Shown: positions 38,929 through 47,207 of the stretch, one piece after another | Numbering within the stretch: position 1 is the stretch's first letter | Layout of the letters: every line of letters starts with the position of its first letter | Assembly (NCBI GenBank): GCA_028715175.1 | Contig: JAQUSJ010000001.1 | Location: forward strand, 404,550-468,549 | DNA from: Candidatus Daviesbacteria bacterium | GTDB lineage: Bacteria > Patescibacteriota > Microgenomatia > Daviesbacterales > UBA10151 | Length of the DNA: 64,000 nucleotides | Direction of reading: 5' to 3' | Made by a program: the position numbers and the translations under genes | The notes under the pieces: model-generated | The model's input: only the letters and a program-made list of their open reading frames with translations | What the model was told of the DNA's origin: nothing | Database searches by the model: none

Positions 38929-39234
38929 GTGTTAAACTACGCTATTTGTGAAATTTCAGGAAAACAATATAAGATTATTCCAGGTAAAGTTTTTGAAATT
39001 AGCCTTCAGAAAGAGGGAGAAGATATCGAGGCGGACGTTTTGCTTTTATCCGAGGACGGAAAATTAGAGATAGGCACGCCATATCTCAAAAAAAAGTTAA
39101 CAGTTAAACGGGTGGAAGATGTGAAAGGATCGAAAATAAGAGTCAGTAAATTTCACGCGAAAGCAAATTACCGGCGGACAACCGGTTATAGATCAAAAAT
39201 TACCAGAGTAGTATTACCTGTGAAAAGAACTTGA
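38929..39234 (+). CDS. rplU: 50S ribosomal protein L21
   Basis: YAICEISGKQYKIIPGKV...SKFHAKANYRRTTGYR matches L21. GTG 38929 is preferred; the track ORF start overlaps rodA. Confidence 0.85.
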   Translation: MLNYAICEISGKQYKIIPGKVFEISLQKEGEDIEADVLLLSEDGKLEIGTPYLKKKLTVKRVEDVKGSKIRVSKFHAKANYRRTTGYRSKITRVVLPVKRT

Positions 39235-39267
39235 CAATATTTTTCACGGAGTGTATTTTAAGATCCT

Positions 39268-39513
39268 ATGGCACATAAAACAGGTGGAGGAAGTACCAGA
39301 AAAAATAGAGATTCAATTTCCAAGAGATTGGGAGTAAAGCTCTATGGCGGAGAGAAAGCGCAGTCCGGGAATATTATAGTACGCCAAAAAGGGAATAAAT
39401 TTTATCCGGGAGCAGGTACAAAACAGGGTAATGATTATACAATTTTTGCTACCGTTTCAGGAAAAGTTGTATTCAAAAAGAGAGTAGATAAAATCGTTAT
39501 AGATGTAGTTTAA
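39268..39513 (+). CDS. rpmA: 50S ribosomal protein L27
   Basis: [29 protein letters not shown]. Confidence 0.95.
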   Translation: MAHKTGGGSTRKNRDSISKRLGVKLYGGEKAQSGNIIVRQKGNKFYPGAGTKQGNDYTIFATVSGKVVFKKRVDKIVIDVV

Positions 39514-39515
39514 GT

Positions 39516-40373
39516 ATGGATCAACAAGAACAGATTTACGAACTTGAGATAGATTTACTACAGCCCAACCCGCTACAACCAAGAGGATTGATCAGCCCCG
39601 AATCTTTATTGGAACTTGCAGAATCGATAAAATCCCACGGAATTCTGGAGCCTTTAGTTGTTGCGAAAACTCCTGCCGGATACCAGATTATAGCCGGCGA
39701 GAGGAGATGGAGAGCTTCTAAGATTGCTGGTTTACCAAAAGTACCGGTGATAATCAGGGAAACCAGCCCTCAAGGAATGCTGGAAATGGCTATAGTTGAA
39801 AATGTGCAAAGGATAGATTTAAACCCGCTGGAGAGGGCACAAGCGTATAGAAGATTAATGGATGAATTTGATTTGACTAACCAGGAAATTGCAGAGAGGG
39901 TGTCGAAAAGTCCTTCATATATTTCCAATACGATCAGGTTATTAATTTTGCCGGATGCGCTCAAAGATGCCTTAATGTCCGGAGCCACGACAGAAGGTCA
40001 TGCAAGAGGATTGGCTGCACTGGAAGATCCGCATCTGATAATAAATGCTTACAAAGAGGTGTTGAAAAGAAATCTTTCCGTACGCGGGACGGAAGAATTG
40101 GTCCGCCGGATTAGAACAAATATGGGTATTGGTCCGAAAAAAATGGCAGACATTCCACATATGCGGATTATCTCCGAAGAGGTTGATAAAATACAGTCGG
40201 ATATTGGTAATGTTTTATCCTCTGTAACAGATAAATCGCAGACTAAATGTTTCTTAAGCGGAAAAAGGGCCAAGCTGGAATTAATTATTGAAGGCGATCC
40301 AAGTAAAACTACACCGGTTTTAGAAGATTTACGTCAGGCAATCGTCGGGTATTTTAAATTAAAGACGGGCTAG
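39516..40373 (+). CDS. parB: Chromosome partitioning protein ParB/Spo0J
   Basis: GILEPLVVA and IIAGERRWRASKIAGL ParB-box motifs; HTH region. Confidence 0.9.
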   Translation: MDQQEQIYELEIDLLQPNPLQPRGLISPESLLELAESIKSHGILEPLVVAKTPAGYQIIAGERRWRASKIAGLPKVPVIIRETSPQGMLEMAIVENVQRIDLNPLERAQAYRRLMDEFDLTNQEIAERVSKSPSYISNTIRLLILPDALKDALMSGATTEGHARGLAALEDPHLIINAYKEVLKRNLSVRGTEELVRRIRTNMGIGPKKMADIPHMRIISEEVDKIQSDIGNVLSSVTDKSQTKCFLSGKRAKLELIIEGDPSKTTPVLEDLRQAIVGYFKLKTG

Positions 40374-40385
40374 CCCGCGAGTCGT

Positions 40386-40970
40386 CTATTTATTGGTTAG
40401 TAAGCCAATATCAGATATTGGATAATATCTAAAAAATGCTTTTCCAACGATGTCTTCTTTTGTGACCGGACCCCAATCTCTGGAGTCGGAGGAATGTTCC
40501 CGGTTATCTCCAAAAACAAAGTATTGATTGCTTCCTGCCTTAATAATATTACTTTCCTGCATAAAGGCGCCTGCCCGGGTTTGAGTGTCGGGCGGCAGAT
40601 AATTCTCTTTTATTATTTGGCCGTTAACAAAGACAGAGTTCTTGCTTATTTGTAAAGAATCACCCGGTACGGCAATGATTCTTTTAATGAAGTCCTGACT
40701 TTCATCCCGGGGATTTTTTAAAACCACAACTTCTCCATGTTTTGGATTTCTAAATCTATAGCTGATTTTTTCCGTGATTAAATAATCGCCATTGTGAAAG
40801 GTTGGCACCATTGAATTGCCTTGGACTTTGTGGAATTGCGCGATGAATAAATAAATTGAGACAAATATCGCCCCGAAAATGACAACCGTTTCAAAAAATT
40901 CGATAAAATAGCCGCCTAAACTGGCGAAAAAACTTTTCTTGGGAAGTTCTCCGTAAAGATCAGGTTCCAT
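40386..40970 (-). CDS. lepB: Signal peptidase I
   Basis: N-terminal TM, then GNSMVPTF (catalytic Ser box), KRIIAVPGD and VFGDNREHSSDSR boxes. Confidence 0.9.
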   Translation of the reverse strand: MEPDLYGELPKKSFFASLGGYFIEFFETVVIFGAIFVSIYLFIAQFHKVQGNSMVPTFHNGDYLITEKISYRFRNPKHGEVVVLKNPRDESQDFIKRIIAVPGDSLQISKNSVFVNGQIIKENYLPPDTQTRAGAFMQESNIIKAGSNQYFVFGDNREHSSDSRDWGPVTKEDIVGKAFFRYYPISDIGLLTNK

Positions 40971-40996
40971 TCTATTGAATATATCAAAGATCTCGG

Positions 40997-41025
40997 TTGT
41001 GAAGCAAGAGGGGGAATGGTAAAAT
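40997..41025 (+). promoter_or_regulatory. Promoter for tRNA-Val (TTGTGA-17-TAAAAT)
   Basis: Hexamers with a 17-nt spacer about 25 nt upstream of the tRNA 5' end. Confidence 0.4.
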
Positions 41026-41049
41026 TTGTTAGTCTAAGGGTGCTTAGCT

Positions 41050-41121
41050 GGGTACTTAGCTCAGTGGTAGAGCGCTGCATTCACATTGCAGATGTCGGGG
41101 GTTCAAATCCCTCAGTACCCA
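41050..41121 (+). tRNA. tRNA-Val (anticodon CAC); CCA not encoded
   Basis: Cloverleaf: acceptor GGGTACT/AGTACCC, D-arm TAGCTCAGTGGTAGAGCG, anticodon loop TTCACAT, T-loop GGTTCAAATCC. Confidence 0.85.
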
Positions 41122-41455
41122 CAAGTTAGTTCAATCATGTCAATTCTACTGTTGCACACCGGGTGTGTGTAAGTCATCTTGACACTTTTGATCGCAAAAG
41201 TGTCCAAAACTCCTGCAAGTGATGTTCGAGCTAAAATCTTGTCTTTGCTCCTCGGGGAGTTTGCCCCTCTGGTATTCCTGCACTAAAGTGCTAGTCAGTA
41301 CCAGCTTCCCCTGAGTCGCAAATCCTACGATTTTTATACGCTCTCTGCATCAATTGCAGAATGAAATTTTAGTGCATTTGTTCCAAGTCAAAGATAAAAA
41401 AGAACTTTTCAAAAATTTCTTTGTGATTTTAGATTATTCCAAACTAAACCCGAAG

Positions 41456-44400
41456 TCAAGATGGTCTTAAAAAGATTCCAAGACCGGATCGAACTAAGTG
41501 TGCAGCAATTCTGGGTGTCTCTCTTTTGTTTAAGGAACCTAGTAACATTCTGAATAATTCAGAACTGCTGAATCCGCTTGTATAGGTACTAAGTTTTGAA
41601 GTTGCCAATATCACCGAGGTTAGCATTTCAGGAGGTTGAGTTGAAGCCTTTTGGCTTGCCCGAAGTAACCTCAAGGTATTTTCTGCAAAGTTAAACCTTG
41701 TAAGCCCCAAAGCATTATTACCTAAATCCCACCCCATATTTTTAAGGGTGTTCTTCAAGTAAGCTTCATTACCTGAAGCTAAACCAGCAACTAAAGAAAT
41801 TGTTGCAAATCTTTGTTCAGTAGTAAGGTTTTGATGCATGCCTAAATCAATAAATATTAAGTTCCCTTGTTGATCCACAAAGATATTGCCGGGGTGCAAA
41901 TCTGCATGGATATTACCAGTGGTAATAAGTTGCGATAAGGCTTCTGTTACTATAGTTTGATTAATAACTTGTCCTGATAATGCGCCATAACCACTGGTTA
42001 TTAACTGATCCGCACCTTGCTCTCTTAAATCCCTGTAAGCTCGCAAGCTTATACCAGGGGCTACACTTTCCAGCATTACATCCTCTGATGTGAAATAAAT
42101 TTTAGGTATTGATACCTGTTGTCTCCTTTTAGAATTCCTTTCTGCAAGATCGGCTCTTAATTGGTCACTAAACTGTTTTTCCCTAGTAAAATCAAGCTCT
42201 TTATTAACAGCGTCACTAATTTGGGCTGAAAAATCCCTCGGCAAACTTTCTGCATATCCCCTCTGGTTTAATACTTCAATAATCTGTCGCATAACTCTTA
42301 GATCATGCTCGATGTTTTCTTTTTTTTGAGCTGATGGTCTTTTAAATTTACCCACTACTTGATAGCTTCCTTTTGGTAAGCCAACTGATTCATCTGTGAC
42401 TTCAACTGTTAGAAGGCAAGCCTGCTTATTTGAAGCAGCACCAATCAAATCATCAAAGGAGATTATTCTAATAGGACTGGTCGGATCTAATAAACCTGCA
42501 TCTTCAGCTAGAACCATCAATGCTCTTTTGGGAACTGTTTCACCTTCTGACTGAGATCTACGCAACGTTTTTCTGTAGGAATCCGGTACCCAATCTAATT
42601 CAGCTAAAGATTGAGATACTTTCTTACCAACTACTCCAAGCTCATTCAAGCTGATGGCTATAACCTCCTCAGGCGGTAATTTTTTCCCTCCAGCCTGAGC
42701 ATCTATAAAACTATTGAGTAGCTTAACTAAGGTCCTGCTGGCATGAGGTGGATCAGAGGATTCTAAAACAGATGTAAAAATATCTCTAAACAAAGCCACG
42801 TTCGGCATATCTTCCGGTAAAAATTCCGCTGCTAAAGCTCCGATAAATTCCTTTCTTTGATTTCTGGCTTGTTCCGCTTGCTCTAAAGGTACTGCTTCTA
42901 AATCCAAAACTCCCTCTGCACCTAAAAATAACCTTTTGAACAAAACTTCCCTTTCTACTCCTGTACTTACTGCTACTGTTTGAGGTAATCCATTTAAATG
43001 ACCATCAAAATTTCTCTCAATACCTAATATCGCTTTAGACTTTTCATTTGATAATCCTAAAAGCCAGAGAGTGGTTGCAATTTTATCTTCTCTATTCTGC
43101 TCTCCTATTTTATCAATTACAAAAACCATCGGCGAGCTATCCTGCTTATCCTTTTTACCCTCAGATGAGATCCTCAAACTATCCAGAACTTGCAATTGTT
43201 CAGGCGAAAGCCTAGCTGTGTTTTCAAAATTATTTAGGAAATGATTGCGCTGCAATGAAGCCTTAGGTAAGTAATATAAAAGTAAGTTAGTAAATTCATT
43301 AAAGTCTTTATGTAACTCCGGCCTTAAACTCAACTCTGAAGAAAACACAATTGCTGCTAAATGGTTTCTTAACCCAGAATCAGGTGTAAACAAAGGCAGT
43401 AAAGTTTTACCTGCAATTACTCTTTCTTGTGGTGTTTTAGCAGTATTTAGGGCGGCTTCAAGCATCATTTCTAAATGAATATCTCTTACAACAGAAGGTG
43501 AAGCTGCTACTCTTTGTAGTTCTGTAACCCGTTCTTCTAATGAGTACTTATTATCAAATAGAGTGTTTTCTACCCACAATAATCTTTGCGCCTGGAAACG
43601 TTGACGAATTGATCCATAATCTGAAGAATTACGGCCCGAAAGAGATCGTGATGTAGCAAAAGAATGCCGCCTTTTTAAAAGATCATCAAAATTTTCGCCC
43701 ACTCTGCCTAATCCTCTCCATGCCGGAAAGATTCTCTGCCAATCTTCAGATTTGATTGACCTTTTTTTAATCAGATAATCATCATAGTTGGTTGACGAAT
43801 GTTTGGTATCATCGCCTTCATCAGGAGAGAAAACTAAGTAGGCAGGCATTTTTTCAATATAGTTAGTTTTTAATTCTTCAGAAGCAAGCTCATAAAGCGA
43901 TAATAAATATTTTTCTCTATTGATGGAGGAGGGAAAATTAGATACGACCCATTCAACTGCCTGGTCTTGATATTTGTTTATTACAGCCTGCAACCCAATT
44001 TCCAAATCACCAACCTTCCATCCTTGATTACGATCCTCAAAACTTTTATCTAAATTTGATTCATTTAATTCTTCATCCTTAAATGTTTTTCTTTCGTCAA
44101 AAGGTATTTGTGCATAAAACAATAGACTTTCGTAAAATCCTGTTTGTCTTTGGCGTATTGTTGGACTTTTATTTAAGTAACTTAATATCTGTTCTATTTG
44201 GGCATCAGTCATATCAGAGAAGCATTCTCCAACATCTACACGTCTATCATGATCCAACCAAATTTGCCCAAATCGCTGTAGTTCTCCAAGGTTTATATCT
44301 TTATCGGCTACAGAAATTATCGCCTTGACTAAAGCTTCTTGGTAGGATTGGCCTTGCTGAAGGTTTTGAGAAAAGAATCTGCTTAAGAATTCAAAAGATA

Positions 44401-46846
44401 CGTTTGATTCCAAATCTGGGTTCCAGTTTTGGTATGTTTTCTTACCACCTACAACTCTAATGATTCTAACTAAACTATCTAATTCTTCATCTGTAAATTT
44501 GCTAAAGTTATGTACATCCTGGCAATCTAAGTATCCATCCACGAGCTCTTTAAGTTGATCCGGTGGCCAAGGGGGGTTTTTCATCAGAAGCTCCATATCT
44601 GTCGCCGGAATTACATATTTTTTTGACCATTTTGGCCATTCTCGAATTTTACCTAATTCTGCGGTTAATCTCTGATCAGGTGTTTGGCCTGCTTCAATTT
44701 GTTTTATGTAGCAATAAATAAAACCTATTGCTCTTAGTTCAGCAAACTGCTTATTGTCTACCTTACTAAGAATTAACCAATCTTCAAGGGGCAGATTTAC
44801 ATTGTTGTACCTAACAACTGTTGCGCGAGGAGAACCTAGCTCTTTTTGCATGATACCATCTAAAGGTTCTGTTACTGCCATATCGTATATTTCCTGCCCC
44901 AGCATTTCTTTAATTTGTGCAGTTATACCCCCAAGCTCATCTGGCTTTGATCCGATTGAAACACTTAAAGCTTTATGAATTGATCTTCGCGGGGACAGTT
45001 TGATACCATCTCCAAAATCCAGTTGGTCAAATGCGTTCAAAGCTCTTAAATAAAGATCTTTATTTCTTTGAGCTAACACATTCGTCCATTCATCATCTGT
45101 CCTCCATCTTCCATATGATAACGACATGTAACTTTTAGCTGTAGATGATGCTAAATTAGGAGGTAAACCAGTTTCTTTTGATATAAGACTAGCTAACTGG
45201 TTAATAATTTTTTCATTTGGCTGATAAAAATCTCCAATGCAGTCTACAGCTATTCCAACCTTAATTTGATCTATAATTTGATTTCTAATATGGCTATCCG
45301 TAAAATCAATAGATAGTTCCGTAAAATCTGCTCGATCTCTCCTGCCGCTTGCTCTATCTTCTTCCGCTCTTTCCTGATACTCTTGCTGATTACGGGTCTT
45401 ATCTAACTTTAAGTAGGCAGTTCGCATAACGTTTTCAGTGATTTGATTTGTTCTGTAACAACTAGCTGTTTCTTCCAGAAATTTCCTTTCTGGTGCGCTT
45501 ATATTTTGAGTAACTAATAGCGCAAAACCATCCTGGCATACATGGTCTAAAAATCTTTCAAAGTCTTGCAATAAAACAGCTTGAGCTCTAACAGTATCGG
45601 TAGGAAGTGTAATAGGTTTAATTAGGCCCCTAAATTCATAGCTGGCGTTTGCCTCCATTAAAGCCTCCTCTGCACGAATCATCTCTGTCCAAGTGCTGGC
45701 TATATCACGGCTGGGTATATCTCCCTCAGGCCTATAACCCAACTCTTTTTCTTGTGTATACCATGATTGATCCTCACGTAATTCAATTCTTTCTTCTTTG
45801 CCATCAACAATATAAGTGTGCTGGCAAAGAGCTTTACAAATAACCACCTTTTTAGCGATTCTGTCATAAAGTTCTTGTTGTTCAACTATTGCTCCCTTCG
45901 CAACTCCGACTCTTTCAACATGCTCTTTTAATATCTGAATATCCCAAAATTCCTTTTGACTCTTTGATTGCATAAGCATTTGATCAATATCTTCCATGGG
46001 CTTTGCAATAACAGTTTCAGTCGTTTTGTAGATTTCACTATCTTGGGAGATCCAATTAAGCAGATTAGGATCTGTTATTACTTGTCTGTCTTTGGAGGTA
46101 TTCGGGATTGGATGTTCGTCATCAGCTAACTCGTCCTCTAACTTCCTTATTCTATCTATAATTTCTGGATGGGAGATGTCACCCCTACCCATAGTTAAAG
46201 AGAATGACTTAAAAATCTCTATCATGGCATTGGGGTTATACTTAGCTCTCGCTAACCGCCTCATCCCTTCTGCATCGGCTCGATATTCTTCAGCATGAGA
46301 AAAAGAAGCTTTTAATCTTTCCCAGAAACTTTCATCCAGTTTTTTTACATAATCATCTCCCAATACCTCAGCATGTTTTAGTTCGTGAGCAATCACTGCG
46401 GCTATATGATCTTCGCTAAACTGAATTCCAGCTTTAGGGAGTCCTTCCTGAAGATGCCTTGCAAAACCGCGGCTTAAAACAACAGTTCGGGACCTAGGAT
46501 TAAAAAAAGCAATCATTTCTTCTGTATCAACAGTTACAACTTCTGTTTCTCCAGGAATGCCCAATTTTTCGGAAGCTCTTTGTACTAATTGCGAAAATTC
46601 ATGTGTTTGAGGAAGAATTTCCCCTTTTGTTTCTAAACTGGATCTAAGCTGCTCTCTTTGGGATGAATAATTAACTGCTGCAAAAGATATATCTGGATTT
46701 CTTGCTATTGTCATCCATTGGCTTGGGTTTGCCAGAGAAGCAAATTCTGTCTTTGAAGCTAGTCTGCCGCCGACATCTGGTTTAGGGATAACAGCAGCTT
46801 TTCCCTCTGTCTGCATTCCTTCGGTTTCTGTAGCACCAACAGTCAT
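41456..46846 (-). CDS. Giant multidomain protein (1796 aa): N-terminal soluble M48-like Zn-metallopeptidase domain + about 1200-aa unknown central region + C-terminal ABC1/UbiB-type atypical kinase domain
   Basis: N-terminus has VVLSRGF...AVIAHELKHAE (HExxH) then SHAEEYRADAEG, the HtpX/Ste24-type third-ligand motif. C-terminus has HADLHPGNIFVD...IDLG, the ABC1/ADCK catalytic and DFG-like motifs. No TM helices. Confidence 0.7.
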   Translation of the reverse strand: MTVGATETEGMQTEGKAAVIPKPDVGGRLASKTEFASLANPSQWMTIARNPDISFAAVNYSSQREQLRSSLETKGEILPQTHEFSQLVQRASEKLGIPGETEVVTVDTEEMIAFFNPRSRTVVLSRGFARHLQEGLPKAGIQFSEDHIAAVIAHELKHAEVLGDDYVKKLDESFWERLKASFSHAEEYRADAEGMRRLARAKYNPNAMIEIFKSFSLTMGRGDISHPEIIDRIRKLEDELADDEHPIPNTSKDRQVITDPNLLNWISQDSEIYKTTETVIAKPMEDIDQMLMQSKSQKEFWDIQILKEHVERVGVAKGAIVEQQELYDRIAKKVVICKALCQHTYIVDGKEERIELREDQSWYTQEKELGYRPEGDIPSRDIASTWTEMIRAEEALMEANASYEFRGLIKPITLPTDTVRAQAVLLQDFERFLDHVCQDGFALLVTQNISAPERKFLEETASCYRTNQITENVMRTAYLKLDKTRNQQEYQERAEEDRASGRRDRADFTELSIDFTDSHIRNQIIDQIKVGIAVDCIGDFYQPNEKIINQLASLISKETGLPPNLASSTAKSYMSLSYGRWRTDDEWTNVLAQRNKDLYLRALNAFDQLDFGDGIKLSPRRSIHKALSVSIGSKPDELGGITAQIKEMLGQEIYDMAVTEPLDGIMQKELGSPRATVVRYNNVNLPLEDWLILSKVDNKQFAELRAIGFIYCYIKQIEAGQTPDQRLTAELGKIREWPKWSKKYVIPATDMELLMKNPPWPPDQLKELVDGYLDCQDVHNFSKFTDEELDSLVRIIRVVGGKKTYQNWNPDLESNVSFEFLSRFFSQNLQQGQSYQEALVKAIISVADKDINLGELQRFGQIWLDHDRRVDVGECFSDMTDAQIEQILSYLNKSPTIRQRQTGFYESLLFYAQIPFDERKTFKDEELNESNLDKSFEDRNQGWKVGDLEIGLQAVINKYQDQAVEWVVSNFPSSINREKYLLSLYELASEELKTNYIEKMPAYLVFSPDEGDDTKHSSTNYDDYLIKKRSIKSEDWQRIFPAWRGLGRVGENFDDLLKRRHSFATSRSLSGRNSSDYGSIRQRFQAQRLLWVENTLFDNKYSLEERVTELQRVAASPSVVRDIHLEMMLEAALNTAKTPQERVIAGKTLLPLFTPDSGLRNHLAAIVFSSELSLRPELHKDFNEFTNLLLYYLPKASLQRNHFLNNFENTARLSPEQLQVLDSLRISSEGKKDKQDSSPMVFVIDKIGEQNREDKIATTLWLLGLSNEKSKAILGIERNFDGHLNGLPQTVAVSTGVEREVLFKRLFLGAEGVLDLEAVPLEQAEQARNQRKEFIGALAAEFLPEDMPNVALFRDIFTSVLESSDPPHASRTLVKLLNSFIDAQAGGKKLPPEEVIAISLNELGVVGKKVSQSLAELDWVPDSYRKTLRRSQSEGETVPKRALMVLAEDAGLLDPTSPIRIISFDDLIGAASNKQACLLTVEVTDESVGLPKGSYQVVGKFKRPSAQKKENIEHDLRVMRQIIEVLNQRGYAESLPRDFSAQISDAVNKELDFTREKQFSDQLRADLAERNSKRRQQVSIPKIYFTSEDVMLESVAPGISLRAYRDLREQGADQLITSGYGALSGQVINQTIVTEALSQLITTGNIHADLHPGNIFVDQQGNLIFIDLGMHQNLTTEQRFATISLVAGLASGNEAYLKNTLKNMGWDLGNNALGLTRFNFAENTLRLLRASQKASTQPPEMLTSVILATSKLSTYTSGFSSSELFRMLLGSLNKRETPRIAAHLVRSGLGIFLRPS

Positions 46847-47085
46847 ATTATCAGTCTATTACATTCATAGTTTTAGTGCTACTTTAATCGTCAATTAGAA
46901 AACTATTGTAATTACCGGTTAGGTTGGGCAGAGGGGGTAGCAGGTTTGGGTTGAATAGGAGCAGGATTAGAATAAACAGGAGTAGATTTATCTCCTGTAT
47001 CAAAAATATTAACTTCTTTTAACCTCGTCCATTTTTCTTGCCTAATTATTGCACAAAGGGGAGTTAGGGTCTGGTGCAGTTAGTT

Positions 47086-47145
47086 CACCTCGAAGGAGTC
47101 TCCTTCGACTACGCTCAGGATTTTAAAAAGCTCACCTTCGAGGTG
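47086..47145 (+). promoter_or_regulatory. Nested inverted-repeat element upstream of otsA (CACCTCGAAGG...CCTTCGAGGTG with inner GAAGGAGtcTCCTTC)
   Basis: 11-bp perfect outer arms separated by 38 nt. The inner palindrome competes for the same 5' arm. Confidence 0.5.
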
Positions 47146-47207
47146 TTGTTAAATAGGTTGGACAGAAGTGGAAGTTTGGCTCATTTTGGAGTAGAATATC
47201 CAGATTC

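Noticed and set aside
40360-40440. Hairpins GGGCTAGCCC and CCAATATcagATATTGG at the parB/lepB convergent junction
   Set aside because: Located within the coding 3' ends of the two genes. They may act as bidirectional terminators, but there is no T-tract and there are too few features to call.
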